DNA of 64,000 bases, from positions 90,038,710-90,102,709 of the forward strand of contig NC_057715.1 in NCBI RefSeq assembly GCF_004010195.1, written 5' to 3'. The notes under the pieces were generated by a model. That model was not told the origin of the DNA. It saw only the letters and a list, made by a program, of their open reading frames with translations, and searched no databases. Source of the DNA: Chiloscyllium plagiosum. Taxonomy: Eukaryota. Both the position numbers and the translations under genes were made by a program. Shown here in pieces: positions 1-13,070 of the stretch (the first letter of the stretch is position 1; each line of letters begins with the position of its first letter).

Positions 1-955
1 TATAGGGAGAGGCTGAACAGGCTGGGGCTGTTTTCCCTGGAGCATCGGAGGCTGAGAGGTGACCTTATAGAGGTTTACAAAATTATGAGGGGCATGGATA
101 GGAGAAATAGGTAAAGTCTTTTCCCTGGGTTTGGGGAGTCGAGAACTAGAGAGCATAGGTTTAGGGTGAGAGGGGAAAGATATAAAAGAGACCAAATAGA
201 CAAGTTTTTCACAGAGAGGGTGGTACGGGTATGGAATGAGCTGCCAGAGGAAGTGGTGGAGGCTGGTACAACTGCAACATTTAAGAAGCATTTGGACTGG
301 AGGGCTGAGGGCCCCTCTGGACTTTCAAATTGGCACAGATTAATTATGGAATGTATTCCCCTTGACTTCCTTACAAATATGGTGCACCGAAAGACCGAAT
401 TATTTTATAAAATATGGCAGCCCTTCTTGAGTTACATGAATACAGATATCTCGGCTATCCTATCAAGGGCTTTTATTTAATTGAGATTACAAACCTGGCT
501 GGTCCGGGGCCCCTTAGGAGAGGAATCCCGCATGAATACGGGTTTCTTACATCTGATGTTAACACATTCCAAGCATGTAAGAGACTTAAGTAGACACTCT
601 GGTTAGTCGTAGGTTAGATTAGTAGGTAGTTGAGTTTTGTTTTTTTTATCTTTTTCGTTTTTTTTTCTTTTGTTAAATTTTGGCTATTGCATATTTGATT
701 TAATTGTATATCAATGTTTATATTTGAGAGTTTTGTTTATTTTTGTAAACTTGTAAAAATGTTAAATTTCTAATAAAAATATCTATAAAAAATAAAGAGG
801 CATTTGGATGAGTATGTGAATAGGAAGGGTTTGGAGGGATATGGGCTGGGTGCTGGCAGGTGGGACTGGATTGGGTTGGGATATCTGGACGGCATGGACA
901 GGTTAGACAAAGGGTCTGTTTCCATGCTGTACATTTCTATGACTCTATGACTCTA
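1..955 (+). mobile_element. CR1 LINE 3' end (interrupted by L1)
   Basis: FFTERVVRVWNELPEEVVEAGT motif; (ACTCTATG)n tail. Confidence 0.9.
297..794 (+). mobile_element. 5'-truncated copy of the same L1 family inserted in a CR1 3' region
   Basis: Closely similar to 34590-35270; TSD AAGA(A/G)GCATTTGGA at 283-296 and 795-808. Confidence 0.9.
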
Positions 956-2989
956 AAGCATGATCAAGGATGGATAATAATCACCATCTTGAGATCATCA
1001 TCCATCTTCCAAGAATAAAATGAAAGAAATACGTAGCTACCTCCTCATCATGTCAGTAACCAAAAGTATGGAAAGGATATTGAACTTAGGTGAGAAAATT
1101 ATGTCATAGACTTGAGCTAGTCCATTTTATAGTTTCATCATCACATAGCCCAATTTTGTCAGGATCAGGAAACCTCAATTCCGTTGTATGAAAAAGATCT
1201 ATCCACTCTTAGAATGCCCTGCACAGTTACTCAAATATGCTCTTAAGGGAAAATTTATCAATTATTTATTGTTCTGGCAACAGCACATATTAATTATCTA
1301 CATGTTAGATTTGGAGAATTCATTAATTTTGTAATGATTGGAATCAAGAGAGTTTATTACTCTGGTTGGAATACTTCATTAGTTATCTACAAGTTAGGGT
1401 TGATAAAATTAATCAATTGTTCAGTAATTATAGACGCTATATGCTTATTTATATGAGAGATTTTCTCGACTTTTTGCATGTTAAGGTTAGGAAAACTTAT
1501 CAACTATTTACAGGTCAGGTTTTACTAAATTAATTTTTAATTTGCAGGTTGAGTTTAGATTTGGGGCAGTTATTTTTAGTCACCCAGCTTTCCTTGATTT
1601 TACAGAGGCCTGCATATTATTTATTCATTCATATGGTAAAATGTCCATTGCAAAGGACAGCACTTATTAGCGACCTATTTATAAACCACTGCATATTGTG
1701 TTATACCTACCTTACACCACAGCAATATTTTAAAACTTTTCTTGCTGATAAAAATGCTGTCAAATTCAACGTGCCCAAAAATGTTAAATCCCAACTCAAA
1801 ATCCATAAGGCAACTGGAACAGATTTCCAAAGGATATGTTCTGCACAATAATCAAAAAGGGGAGAAAAGGGTTCGAAAATTGGTGTGGCATCATGGCACG
1901 TTCTTACCTGTATTGTCGGGATTGCATTACACTTGTTTTACCACAGTTTTTTTTAAGGTTCTATGCAAATGATCTCTGCAGGAAACTTAGGAGTAATTTC
2001 CACCAACATGATCAATGTAGGAAACTATTTTAAACTTTGGCAAGATTTCTGCAAAAATGAATCCTAAAAATTCTGAACTAAAGAGAAGGGCCTCTGGCTT
2101 TGCATTCTGAGGGTCAATTGTGACATACAGGCACGCTTTCAAATCCACTGTGATAGTGCCAGCATAAAACTTACCGCATGATCACTCAGCATTTACTATC
2201 CAAGTCCAGACTCTAGTCAGGTGGGCATGGGATATCAAAATCAACACAAAGATATTTTTTCTATTGTACTGGAAAAAGAGCAACTGTCCCTTGAAAACTG
2301 ATAATGATTACACTGTTAATAAAATGATGAACATGTCACAAACTTTATTCCGTGTCAATATTTACTCACACTTTACTTCCAGATACCCCAAAGAAATTAA
2401 GAATGAATCAAGAACAGGGACTCATCAAAATGAATATGCGCAGAATAACAGAACTGAGGAGAGTAATTGGTCACAGAATAGAGAATACTGGAGAAATTCA
2501 GCAGGTCTGACAGCTTCGGTAAAGAGAGAAACAAAATTGATGTAACAAAGTCTCTAGACATCCCTACCATTAAAATCTCTATCCGTTCCACCCCACTCAA
2601 ACCTCTTCCACCCTTGTACCCCATCCTGATCTCTCACCCCCCTCCCTGTCTTCCCCCCTCCACCCCCACAATCCTGGTCATGTTCCTCTAAAATCTGTGC
2701 ACAATGCTATTTAAGTTAACTCATAATGAGCATGTGATTGTGTCAGCACTGCAGTCACTAATTTGTGAATTAGAAGGAGTAGTCATTTGTTCCTTCAAGC
2801 CTACTCTGTCATTCTGTGGGTGATCTGATTGTGGCATCAACTCCACTTCCCTGCTTAGTTCCAAAACCCTTCATGTGTTAGTCAAGAATCTATCTACCTC
2901 TGCCATCAAGGTTTTCAATGGCCCAGTTTCCACCACTGTCTGAGAAAGAGAATTACAGATTCATGGACCTTAGAGAAAACAAAACTCAT

Positions 2990-3250
2990 TCTTGTTGTGG
3001 TTCTGTTCGCCGAGCTGGAAATGTTTGTTACAAACATTTCGTCCCCTGTCTAGGTGACATCCTCAGTGCTTGGGAGCCTCCTGTGAAGCACTTCTGTGGT
3101 GTTTCCTCCGGCATTTATAGTGGCCTGTCCCTGCCGCTTCCGGTTGTCAGTTTCAGCTGTCCGCTGTAGTGGCTGGTATACTGGGTCCAGGTCGATGTGT
3201 TTGTTGATGGAGTTTGTGGATGAGTACCATGCTTCTAGGAATTCCATATC
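2990..3250 (-). mobile_element. Penelope-like element 3' fragment with hammerhead-like core
   Basis: EFLEAWYSSTNSINKHIDLDPVY (PLE C-terminus); CTGAGGA-stem-GAAA at 3066-3037. Confidence 0.75.
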
Positions 3251-3724
3251 TGCAGGGGTACCTTACTACTCCAAAGGGGTACCCTGATATCCAAAAGGAA
3301 TTCATTGAGAACAGATCTGCTGCTACCTGGTTAATTCTCCACACTCAAAGTTTCAAATCCCAGGGACTCCAAAATCCCAAATCAGTGGAGGCAGCTGGTT
3401 ATTTAAATGGCAACATGTGTGTGAAATACAGCCCGATCCAATCTCTGCCCCAGAGAAATGAGAGATGGCAGCTTAGGAGGTTGATCTTGCAATGCGTGAC
3501 TTCTTCCAGCACAGTGGGATGTGCTCTATCTTGATATAAATCTGGGCTAAATGTGCAATTATTAGTCTAACTAATGGATGTACTACCAGCTTTCCCTCTC
3601 CATCAAAATCTGTCTCATTGTGCTTTCTGGAATTCAGGTGTCACTGATGGCCATCAAGACAGACATTCATGTTATTCCTTAGAGTACTAGGAACTGATGC
3701 GACCCCAATAGCTCTCCAAATGGG

Positions 3725-3845
3725 AAAGTTTGGGTTGAATTTGTGGTAAGACTGTTTGTTCTAACCTTTGCATTACTGCTTCTGCTATGAGTCCAGAGAT
3801 CGGTGAGCCCATGGGTGTTCCGTTGATTTGTTCGTATATCTGGTC
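3725..3845 (-). mobile_element. Penelope-like reverse transcriptase fragment
   Basis: Translates QIYEQINGTPMGSPISGLIAEAVMQRLEQTVLPQIQPKL (PLE RT G.PMGSP motif). Confidence 0.8.
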
Positions 3846-3889
3846 TTTAGTGAGCATTATTGATTTGATTTATTGATTATTGTTGTCAC

Positions 3890-4334
3890 ATGGATGTTGC
3901 CAGAGTTGGAGGGTTTAGGCTATAGCGAGAGGCTGAATACACTGGGGCTGTTTTCCCTGTAGTATCAGAGGCCAAAGGGTGGCCTTGTAGAGGTTTATAA
4001 AATCATGAGGGGCATGGATAGAGTAAACATACAAGGCTTTTTCCCTGGTGTGGGGAAGTCCAAAACCAGGTTTAAGGTAAGAGGGGTAAGATCTAAAAGG
4101 GATGGAAGGGGCAACTTTTCATACAGAGGGTGGTGCATGTAGGAATGAGCTGCCAGAGGAAGCGATGGAGGCTGGTACAATTACATTTAAAAGGCATCTC
4201 AGAAGGTAGGAAAAATTTAGAGGGATATGGGCCAAATGCTGGCAAATGGGACTAGATTTATTTAGGAATCTGGTTGGCATGGATGGGTTGGACCAAAGGG
4301 TCTGTTTCTCTGCAGTATGTCTCTATGATTCTAT
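3890..4334 (+). mobile_element. CR1 LINE 3' fragment
   Basis: Same 3' sequence as 1-955; CTCTATGATTCTAT tail. Confidence 0.85.
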
Positions 4335-4335
4335 T

Positions 4336-4553
4336 GTTGAAACTTTATTGCTGGAACAGCACAGCAGGTCAGGCAGCATCCAGGGAACAGGAGATTCGAC
4401 GTTTCGGGCACAGGCCCTTCTTCAGGATTCGACGTTTCGGCCTGTGCCCGAAACGTCGAATCTCCTGTTCCCTGGATGCTGCCTGACCTGCTGTGCTGTT
4501 CCAGCAATAAAGTTTCAACTTTGATCTCCAGCATCTGCAGACCTCACTTTCTC
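4336..4553. mobile_element. Short Penelope-derived hairpin element with perfect 81-bp inverted arms and hammerhead core
   Basis: Arms 4336-4416 and 4439-4519 are exact reverse complements; flanked by CTCTATGATTCTAT at 4321 and 4554. Confidence 0.8.
4391..4430 (-). ncRNA. Minimal type-I hammerhead ribozyme motif (PLE-type)
   Basis: Minus strand GAATC-CTGAAGA-A-GGGC(CTGT)GCCC-GAAAC-GTC-GAATC: intact CUGANGA and GAAA cores, stem II, palindromic ACGU stem III, GUC triplet. Confidence 0.65.
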
Positions 4554-4569
4554 CTCTATGATTCTATGT

Positions 4570-4950
4570 ACTAAAGTGTTGTTTTGTATGCTGTACAGGC
4601 AGATCTATTCATACAAAAGTGCATTATGATATCAGAACACAGTGCAGAATACAGTGTTACAGTCACAAAGAAGGTGCAGATAGAGAGATCAGAATTCACA
4701 TTTGAGAGGTCTGTTCAAAAATCAGATAACAGCGGGAAATATGCTGTTCTTGAATCTATTCATATGCGTCCTCAAACTTTTATATCTTCTGCCACCTTCT
4801 GAAGAGGGTGAAAGAGTATAACCAGGGTAGGAGAAGCCTTTAATTATGTTGGTTGTTTTTCCAAGGCAGTGGGAATTATAGATGGAGTCAATGGATGGAA
4901 GGCCAGTTTGTATGATGGACTGGGCTGTGTTCACCACGCTGTAGTTTCTT
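4570..4950 (-). mobile_element. Rex1/Babar-type LINE 3' fragment
   Basis: AQSIIQTGLPSIDSIY...GRRYKSLRTHMNRFKNSIFPAVI resembles the Rex1 ORF end. Confidence 0.7.
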
Positions 4951-6344
4951 GCATTACAACTGAGCTAGGAGATGGAGAGAGAGCAGCCACGGTTTGATTT
5001 GCAACATAAATTATGTTAGAAAGCAGTTAGTCCTTTTTTTTTAGATAGTGCCAAGACAGTCTCATCAAGCAATCATAAATCTTTCCTAGTTTGGAATTAA
5101 AAGTAATGAAGCTGAATCCTTGCTGCACTCACACTGAGGTGTTTGGGCGGATCCCAGCTGCTGGCCTGCCGAGGGATCAGGAGAAATGCAATGTGTGTAA
5201 GTTCGGGCTCCATAGTAACTGTCCCACGCTGAGAGAGAAAAGCGTGAGGTACTCGGCGTCCTTAGAAATTAAACGCAATCAGTTGGTGATTAATTACAGA
5301 ACTCGGGCCCCAGAGTAAAGCAAAGGATCAACCTGGCAAAGGAATAGCCTGATACCGGGACTACGCTGCTGGCTTTCGATCCGTTGCATTTTTATATTGT
5401 CGGTCTGCATTCAGTCACTTTTATTGTTTGCATTCTCTTTTTAAAAAAAACATTCGTCTGTCAACAGAATAATTTACACGTGCAGCACTACAACATTTAG
5501 AAGATACTGATGTTAATATATAAATAATAACGACAGGTAGCATATTGGAATGAGCTCATACATAAAGACGTCGATACTATCAATGCAGACTCTAATAAAG
5601 TAACCATCATCTCCACGTTGTTCGAATCCTGTACGCCATTTAAGGAAATACCAGGTGGAAAGCGGAACTGGAAGTCATTTTAATTTAAAATTCGCTGTTC
5701 TTTAAAAAATAGGGATTTTGATGTGGCATAGTGAGGAATAAAACTCACAAAATGCCCCATGAAAATATTGATTTGTTTTTTAAGCTTTCTAAAGTATCAG
5801 TCGATAACAAAGTCAAGCTCTTGCAGGCGGTATACTTCAATAACATCGAGAAATTTTCGTTAAAAAATAGGCACTCACATATAAAACCTATAGCAGAATC
5901 GTTTAATGACAAAGAGATAAATTAATACTCGAATACGTATGTTGAATAATCCCAGCTGATGGTCACACTGGACAAGTTAGACTCCAGCAGGAAATTTTCT
6001 TTTTGTTTACCATTGAGGTTAGTGGATGAACTATTCTCAAGATACCGTCAATGTGCACTTAACAATAGAACATAAGAGCTTATAACACAAAAGAGAAGCA
6101 CAAATTATATTTTATTATAGGAACTGTTGGAACAATCTCATCACAAAACTTCATCTCTTTAATTAAAGCAACCACCACAGACATAGAAACCTCAGTGCAG
6201 AGTCACCCCTGATCTCCTTGCTGAAAGCTGGCACGTGGACTTGGCTTCATTTCAGCAAATTGCTGTGCATTGACTAGATGTACCTTTCTTGTAATGTCTG
6301 TCCACAAAACCCTTAAAACAAACTGCTAATGTTACTTAACATAG

Positions 6345-6795
6345 AGTCCTATTTATAGGAAGGATATTATTAAGCTAGAGACGTTCAGAAGAGATTTACC
6401 AGGATGTTGCTAGTTATGAAAGGTTTGAGTTATAAAGAAAGGCTGGGTACATTGAGAGTTTTTTTTCACTGGAACATAGAGAAGTGTGTAAAATCAGGAG
6501 GGGTATAGATAGGTTAAATGGTAGGGGTATTTTCCCTAAGATGGAGGATTTCAAAACTAGGGGGCATACTTTTAAGGTGAAAGGAGAGAGGTTTAAAGAC
6601 ATGAGGGGCAAATTTTTTACAGAGAGATTTGTTCATGTGTGGCAGTGGGCACAGTTACAATGTTTAAAAGACATTTAGATAAGTGCATGAATAGGAAAGG
6701 TTTGGAGGGATATGGGCCAGGAACAAGCACATGTGACTAGTTTGGGATTATGTTTGGCATGGCCTGATAGGACCGAAGAGTCTGTTTCCATGTTG
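6345..6795 (+). mobile_element. CR1 LINE 3' fragment
   Basis: KTRGHTFKVKGERF..MRGKFFTER motif. Confidence 0.85.
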
Positions 6796-7139
6796 TTTGT
6801 AAGATATCTTCCTCTCTAATACCACCACAATGTTCGGCTTCTGGAGCTTTTTTCTCACTGACTTCTGCGCAACTTAGGACTTCTCCCTCCTCCTGACTAC
6901 TTAGAAAGCGCTAGTAGCAGCATCTCAGCTGACATAGGCCTCTTTCCCCATGAATCTCTCTCTTTGTGGTGGTCTAAACACAAATCAGTAAACACCTTAG
7001 CAAGTATGTCCTCTGGTGGCTTGCAAATCGTTTAACTGAAATCACATGACTTCTTGTAAATACTGTTTTGAATGCAATGTTCAAAGTGACTTTCTGGCCT
7101 TTTAAAAAAGATAAGTCTGATAGTAGGACTGAAAACCTA

Positions 7140-8556
7140 AAATCCATTTTTCTTCAATTTTGGGACAGATGACCCTACAGAATGTGAAAACAAAGGTTTT
7201 TTAGGGATTTTCTCCACATCGATGAAGACAACAATAGTCTGATTCGTGGGATTGAGTGGGTTTTATCGAAAATTTGTACCAAATTTTAGCAGTGTGGCCG
7301 CTCCTCACACTGAATTATTGAAGAAGTGCAGTAAGTTTCAGTGGACGGCAAAAGTCATTGGACAGTCTGAAAGCTGTGTTAACCACTGCCCCATTATTAG
7401 CCACACCTAATTACTCAAAGCCATTCAAGGTGGTTATCAATGCAAGTGATGTGGTGTCAGTGCTGTACTCTTGCAAGAAGACGACAAGTTAATAGATCTA
7501 TAGGATATTTCTGCAGAAATTGAACATTCATCAACAGAAATATTTGACAATTGAGAAGGAGACCTTGAGCTTGGTGTTGGCATTACAGCATTTCAACATT
7601 TATGTTGCCAGGAATGTGTCTGAGATAATCATATATACTGATCATACCCCATTAAAGTTTTTGGAGAAATTTAAGGACAAAAATTTCAGACTGATTAGAT
7701 GGAGCTTATTATTGCAGTTATTCAGTTTGAAAATTGTACACGGGGCAGGATGAGAAAACATAATTGCCGACAAATTGTTGTGACTTAGATGAAAAATGGA
7801 GGCATTCGGTGGCAGGAGTAAACGGACTGAAATAGTTGTGCATGTTTGCATGGTTATAATCAATTCAATCTATATGTATTGTAGTGTACTAACAAAGTAA
7901 GACTAAGGGGGTTTAAAATGAAGCCATCTTTGTATATTGATGGTTCTTTTTTTAAGGGGAGAGGTGTGACGATGCTGTCACTTTAACAAGATTATTTTGT
8001 CCTTGTGGTTTTTTTTAAAGAGTGGTCGCAAAGGTAGAGATACCAAGGGGTCTAGGAAGTGCCTAGTTTAACAATAGCAGAGGATTGGACAGTTCTCCCA
8101 GCTTATGTTTTTCCTAGTTTGTTTTAGCTGTAGCAGTCATAATATGCTGGAGTCCAGGAAGGTTGCAAGCTTCAACAAATAATTCCTGACTGACGTTCTC
8201 TCTGAAATCTCTTTGGATGTTGTTCCCTCCTGTCTGTAAGAATCTGTGTTTCAATTTATCTTTTTGTCAAGCAGTGTGTTAATGGGATGTTTCTGAATTG
8301 GATCAGTTCCTTAGTTAAGTTGCTGTATTCGGGTTGGTTAAGTTTTCCAATAGTGAAGTTATTCTAAATTCCGTTTTTTTTTTGTTCGTGTTTTGACTGT
8401 GGTGTTTAAATATATTCTGTTTTGCTTAAAGCTGAGTGGTTTGATCAGCTGGATCACACCTGGAATATCCACTCACATCTGCCTTTAAATTAAGGAAAAG
8501 TTAGGGTCTAGGCTACCTTCTTACAATATTTTCAGGGTGTCTGACCTGGTCCATAA
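7140..8556 (+). mobile_element. Gypsy (Gmr1-like) LTR retrotransposon remnant: RT thumb/RNase H, PPT and 3' LTR (7965-~8556)
   Basis: GFYRKFVPNFSSVAAP, EKETLSLVLALQHF, YTDHTPL, RLIRWSLLLQ; PPT AAGGGGAGAGG 7954-7964 followed by TG. Confidence 0.8.
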
Positions 8557-9569
8557 ATTACCAGCTAATCTATTTTAGGAATGTTGATTGAGAGATAACT
8601 ATCAGGCAGAACACCAAAGAGAATTTTCTGTGTTTTTTAAATGAGATCTTTTATATCAGCCTGAGAAGATAAATGGGGCCTCAGTTAAAATATCATAAAA
8701 TGATTGTACCTTAAACAGTACAACACTTCTTCAGTACAATAATAATATGTTCAACTCTTTGAAATGGAATTTATATTCTTAATCTTGCAGTTTAAGATTA
8801 TTTAAAAACTTCCTTTGCTATTTTAAACAGTACTTTACACATTGAAAATCAGAATGCATATATAATCAGGTAATGAATTTTAAAAATCTAAGACATATCA
8901 CAATGGTCTTATTGAAATTAGTCTGATATTTAAAAGCATATATAATTTGTTACTTAAGTAAAGCTCTATTTCAGATATACAATATTTCTTTTGCGCATTT
9001 TACATTTGTGTAAGAATTTGGGTGAGTATTCAATTCCACTCAAACTCAGTAACAGCCCCATGTAATTTATACAATTGATAATTGATAGACTATTTACCTA
9101 TTTTAGTGATTGGAAGCAATGTAAATATAAATATGTAAGTTTTGAATGGAAGGCTGGCCATTTTTTAAAACCAACAATTCCCAAAATGACTACAGATCCA
9201 CACAAATGGGCATACATACATATAATTAAATGGCAAATTGAAGGCATAGTTGCCCATAGCTTCTAACTTCCATTCGAATTGATGAATATTCAAAATTAAA
9301 ACAAACTAGGGAAATATGACAAAGATTTTACTGGAATTGAGGTATTTTCCTGTTATGTAATTAGTTGCAATACAGATGTTCTGATGATTAAGTTCATGCA
9401 CTATCAAAGTTTACATTAGACTTGTGATATAAATTGAAGACTGAATGGTAAGTTGCTGAATGAATAGACTGATACATTTATATTGGACCTGAAAGGTAGT
9501 TGCTTATTCAAATTTCATATTCAGCCTATGTCCAACAGCAAGGTATTTGCACTAATCCTGTATGAATGA

Positions 9570-10110
9570 CCAATTATGACTCAACTGGAATAGCTTACCC
9601 ACTTCTGGATGTCACATTTTAGGAAAGACATTGAAGTCTTGGGGATAGTGTTGAGTGGGTCAATTAGAATTTTATCACGGTTGAGAGATTTAAGTTATTT
9701 GGAGAGACATCATGAAGTTGTGATTGTACTTTTTTTAGAGAATTAACATTTAAGGAGAGATTTCACAAAGATGTTCAGACTTATGAGGCTTTTGATAGTG
9801 ATTAAGGATAAACTAAGGATAACTGTTTCTAGTCACAGGAGAATCAGTAAACAAAAAATAAGATTTAAGATAATTGACAAAATAACCAGAAATAAAATGA
9901 GAAGAAAGTACTTTATGCAGCAAGACATAATAAAAGGGTAGCAGAAGCAGAACTGATAGCAACATTCAGAATGAATTGAATATTTACTTTGAAAGAAAAA
10001 AAAGACACTGGAGACAAAAAAAGGGCACTACCCTGGAGACTAATTGGACGAGTCTTTCAAAGAGCTGGCATAGGTATAATTTGCTGAATGATCTCATACT
10101 GTGCTGTGTG
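9570..10110 (+). mobile_element. Old decayed CR1 fragment
   Basis: Degenerate similarity to the CR1 3' ORF2 and tail seen elsewhere in the window. Confidence 0.55.
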
Positions 10111-10869
10111 AGTCTAAATTTGATAGTCTCAAAGACAGGCAATGCGCCAGTAATCTACACCTGTTACTTCCAAGTAGGCAACATGCCAACTTCTTGTTCC
10201 TGCTAATTAACATGATTGCAACCTTCAATCAGTGATAACATCACTCTTGAGTGGCTGTATATCTCAGCTAGGGCCCAAATTCCTGAGAGGCTAGTCCTGG
10301 TTACAGGTAGCCAACATTGTTTAAAGCCAGATTGGCCCTCTTAAAGGAGAGGTGCATTGTGGCTGGAGCAGGAGCTGGAAGGTTTCCTACAACAAGGAGA
10401 CATATTCAGTATTTAAGGAGGAGGTAGATGGATTTTCAATTAATATATGTTGAAGGGGTATAGAGAGTGGGCAGGAGAGTGGGGGAGTTGAAGTCGAAAT
10501 GAGATCAGTCATGATCGTATTAAATGGCTGAGCAACCTCAAGGGGCTGAATTGCTTCCTCCTGCTCCTTATGTTCTTATGTAACAGCTTATGACCTGAGA
10601 AAGACAGTAAAATGGAGACCACACATTCTAAGATTTTCCAACACCTTGATGCCTTGGTAGGTGAGGTTTAATCAAAGACACTTTGAGAATGCAGCGAGAC
10701 TAGACATACCAGAGGTCTAGACATAAGAATATGAATGTGATGCCACAAAAAGGTTTAATAACCCCGTTAGTTCAGCAGGGGGAGGAGACATAGCATGTTA
10801 GTGCAATAGGGGCATAGCATACTTTCCTGTCTGCTTTCCCCTTCTCAATCTCACTGAATAGCCACTGCA

Positions 10870-11700
10870 TGATTGTGCAGCATACAGAAAATCAACATGA
10901 ACCTTGACATCCACTCTGACAAGTACTGCAGTGCTCTTCTAGTGAAACCCATGCAGTCGAAGTGCTGTTTAAGCAGCCCAGTGGACAGCTTTCATGTAAC
11001 TTTCATTGATGCATGTTGTGCATATGGGAGTGGATTGTGCACTGGACTCATCTGCCATGCCAACAGCCCTTGTGGTTCAATGGCTATCCTTTTATTTGTC
11101 ATGCAGGTTCAAATATAACTGGCAGATTGGCTGCTATGGAATGAAAAGGCATCATGTTGCTGCTGGAATGTTGGGCATTGATTTGCTGTGTGTGACCTCA
11201 ACCCCAGCTTCACATTGAGGAAATATAACTCCTTTCAGTCAAGTTATATCTCAGCATTGACATGCACTCCCCAATGTTTGTACAAGCTACACCTTGGTGA
11301 ATCCTGCAATCCTTGCAAAGCCATATACCCACTCTGCTTGTTGCTCTCTGGCAAAATGAAATATTGTCAGTTCTTATAAATGAAATATTTGTGAAATATG
11401 GAGCAGTGGATAGCAAACTACAAGTTATTGCAGGTACCTCCAGTTCCACACAGATAGATAAACGTTTCTTAGCTACAGTCATCTTCACAGCCAGTGGCAA
11501 TATGATCCATACCCTGTGCTGAGATTGAAATCTGCACCTACTGTAGCCACAATGGCAATGAGGACATCCTTTCTGAAGCCAAGATGTTTCATACATTGCT
11601 TGCCGGTGTGGTTCAGGTAGAGGAATAGGTCCCTTAACACCCAGCGCACATGAAGCCCTTTTTCCCTCCTCACTCTCTTAGCAGCTTTCCCTGGTCTTTG
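10870..11700 (-). mobile_element. PIF/Harbinger transposase fossil
   Basis: Frameshifted motifs LPLAVKMTVA, ARIAGFTKV, ELYFLNVKL and NAQHSSS-HDAF resemble Harbinger ALPVAVKVT, IAGFP, GFHSLNVQ and ARYPGS.HDAF. Confidence 0.6.
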
Positions 11701-12744
11701 AGAACTCTGCACATTCTCCAAATGATACTGTATACTGTATCACATGGGCATACCTAGTGTTACATCTATGTTTTTAAATATCTGGTTTATGCAGAAGTCA
11801 TGAAGTCTGGATTAAGTCTTTCAGCACCTGTCACACCATTCCATTGACCTGTAAGTCATTGATGATCCCTTCGCAAAAGTAACAATGAGTGATGACTTCA
11901 AAGTTGTAGTGGACAGACCTTCACATGGTCCTGCTTGACATGATGCAATGGGATTGCAGGTTTTCTTCATCTCACTTGTTGCATAATTGAATGTGGATTT
12001 TACTAGTACAATCACCAGTGAAACTATTAGCACAAAATCAATTCCAGTTGGCTATGATTTACAGGAACCATTGAGGATAACAAAAAATAGATGGCCTCTG
12101 AAGGCCTAATCTGTGTGGATAAGATTTTAACCAAATAAAATCTCAATGTTTGTTTTAATCTGAGGACCCCCCAAGAAGGATAAATGTACAATTCTGAAGA
12201 GAAATCACAGGACACAAAATGTTAACTCTGTTTTCTCTTCACAGATGCTGCCAAACCTGCTAGGTTTCTCTAGCAATTTCTGTTTTTCTTTGTTTCCGAT
12301 CGTCAGCATCTGCTGTTGATTGTTTTATTATTAAGGTAAATGTTGCAGTGGATTTTTTCCAGAAGTTAAGTGGAGCTACACCTGTCAGTCTAATCACATC
12401 CTCAACAATCTTATTAGCATCCAAACAGTTGTGGGGTTTATAAGATCATGTATTCAACCTATTAAGATACTGGACTTGCAAAATGTGGGAGTATCGGCAG
12501 TAGATAATTTAGTTTTATCAAAAGAGATGAATGAGGGAGCTAATTTTGTGGAAATGAAAACAGGTTTGACCAAGTACCATTAAATAAATGTTATAATTTA
12601 AGGATGAGAATTTTTTCAGGGTAGATTCAGACATTTCAGTACAGAACAATGCCATTGCACCTGAAGCAATCCAAAGATCAGACTTCACTAATCCAGTATT
12701 CTAGGAGGCTATGCCGATGGAAGTGAATATCTAAATATTGATTA

Positions 12745-13070
12745 GATTCCCTGCTGTATGGAACAGGCCCTTCGGCCCAACAAGCCCACACCAACCCTCC
12801 GGAGAGTAACCCACTCAGACCCATTTCCCTCTGACCAATGCATCTAACACTATGGGCAATTCAGCATGGCCAATCTACCGAACCTGCACATCTTTGGACT
12901 GTGGGAGGAAACCAGAGCACCCAGAGGAAACCCACGCAGACATGGGGAGAATATGCAAACTCAGTGCAGACAGTTGCCAGAGGGTTGAATTGAACCTGGG
13001 TCCCTGGTGCCGTGAGGCTGCAGTGCTAACCACTGAGGCACTGTGCCACCCCCTGAACCACTGTGCCGTC
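12745..13070 (-). mobile_element. HE1-like tRNA-derived SINE
   Basis: CGRKPEHPEETHADMG signature; A/B-box head; CR1-like tail. Confidence 0.9.

Noticed and set aside
4336-4519. pre-miRNA or CRISPR-like array
   Set aside because: The sequence belongs to a dispersed Penelope-derived repeat; eukaryotic context with no repeat-spacer structure
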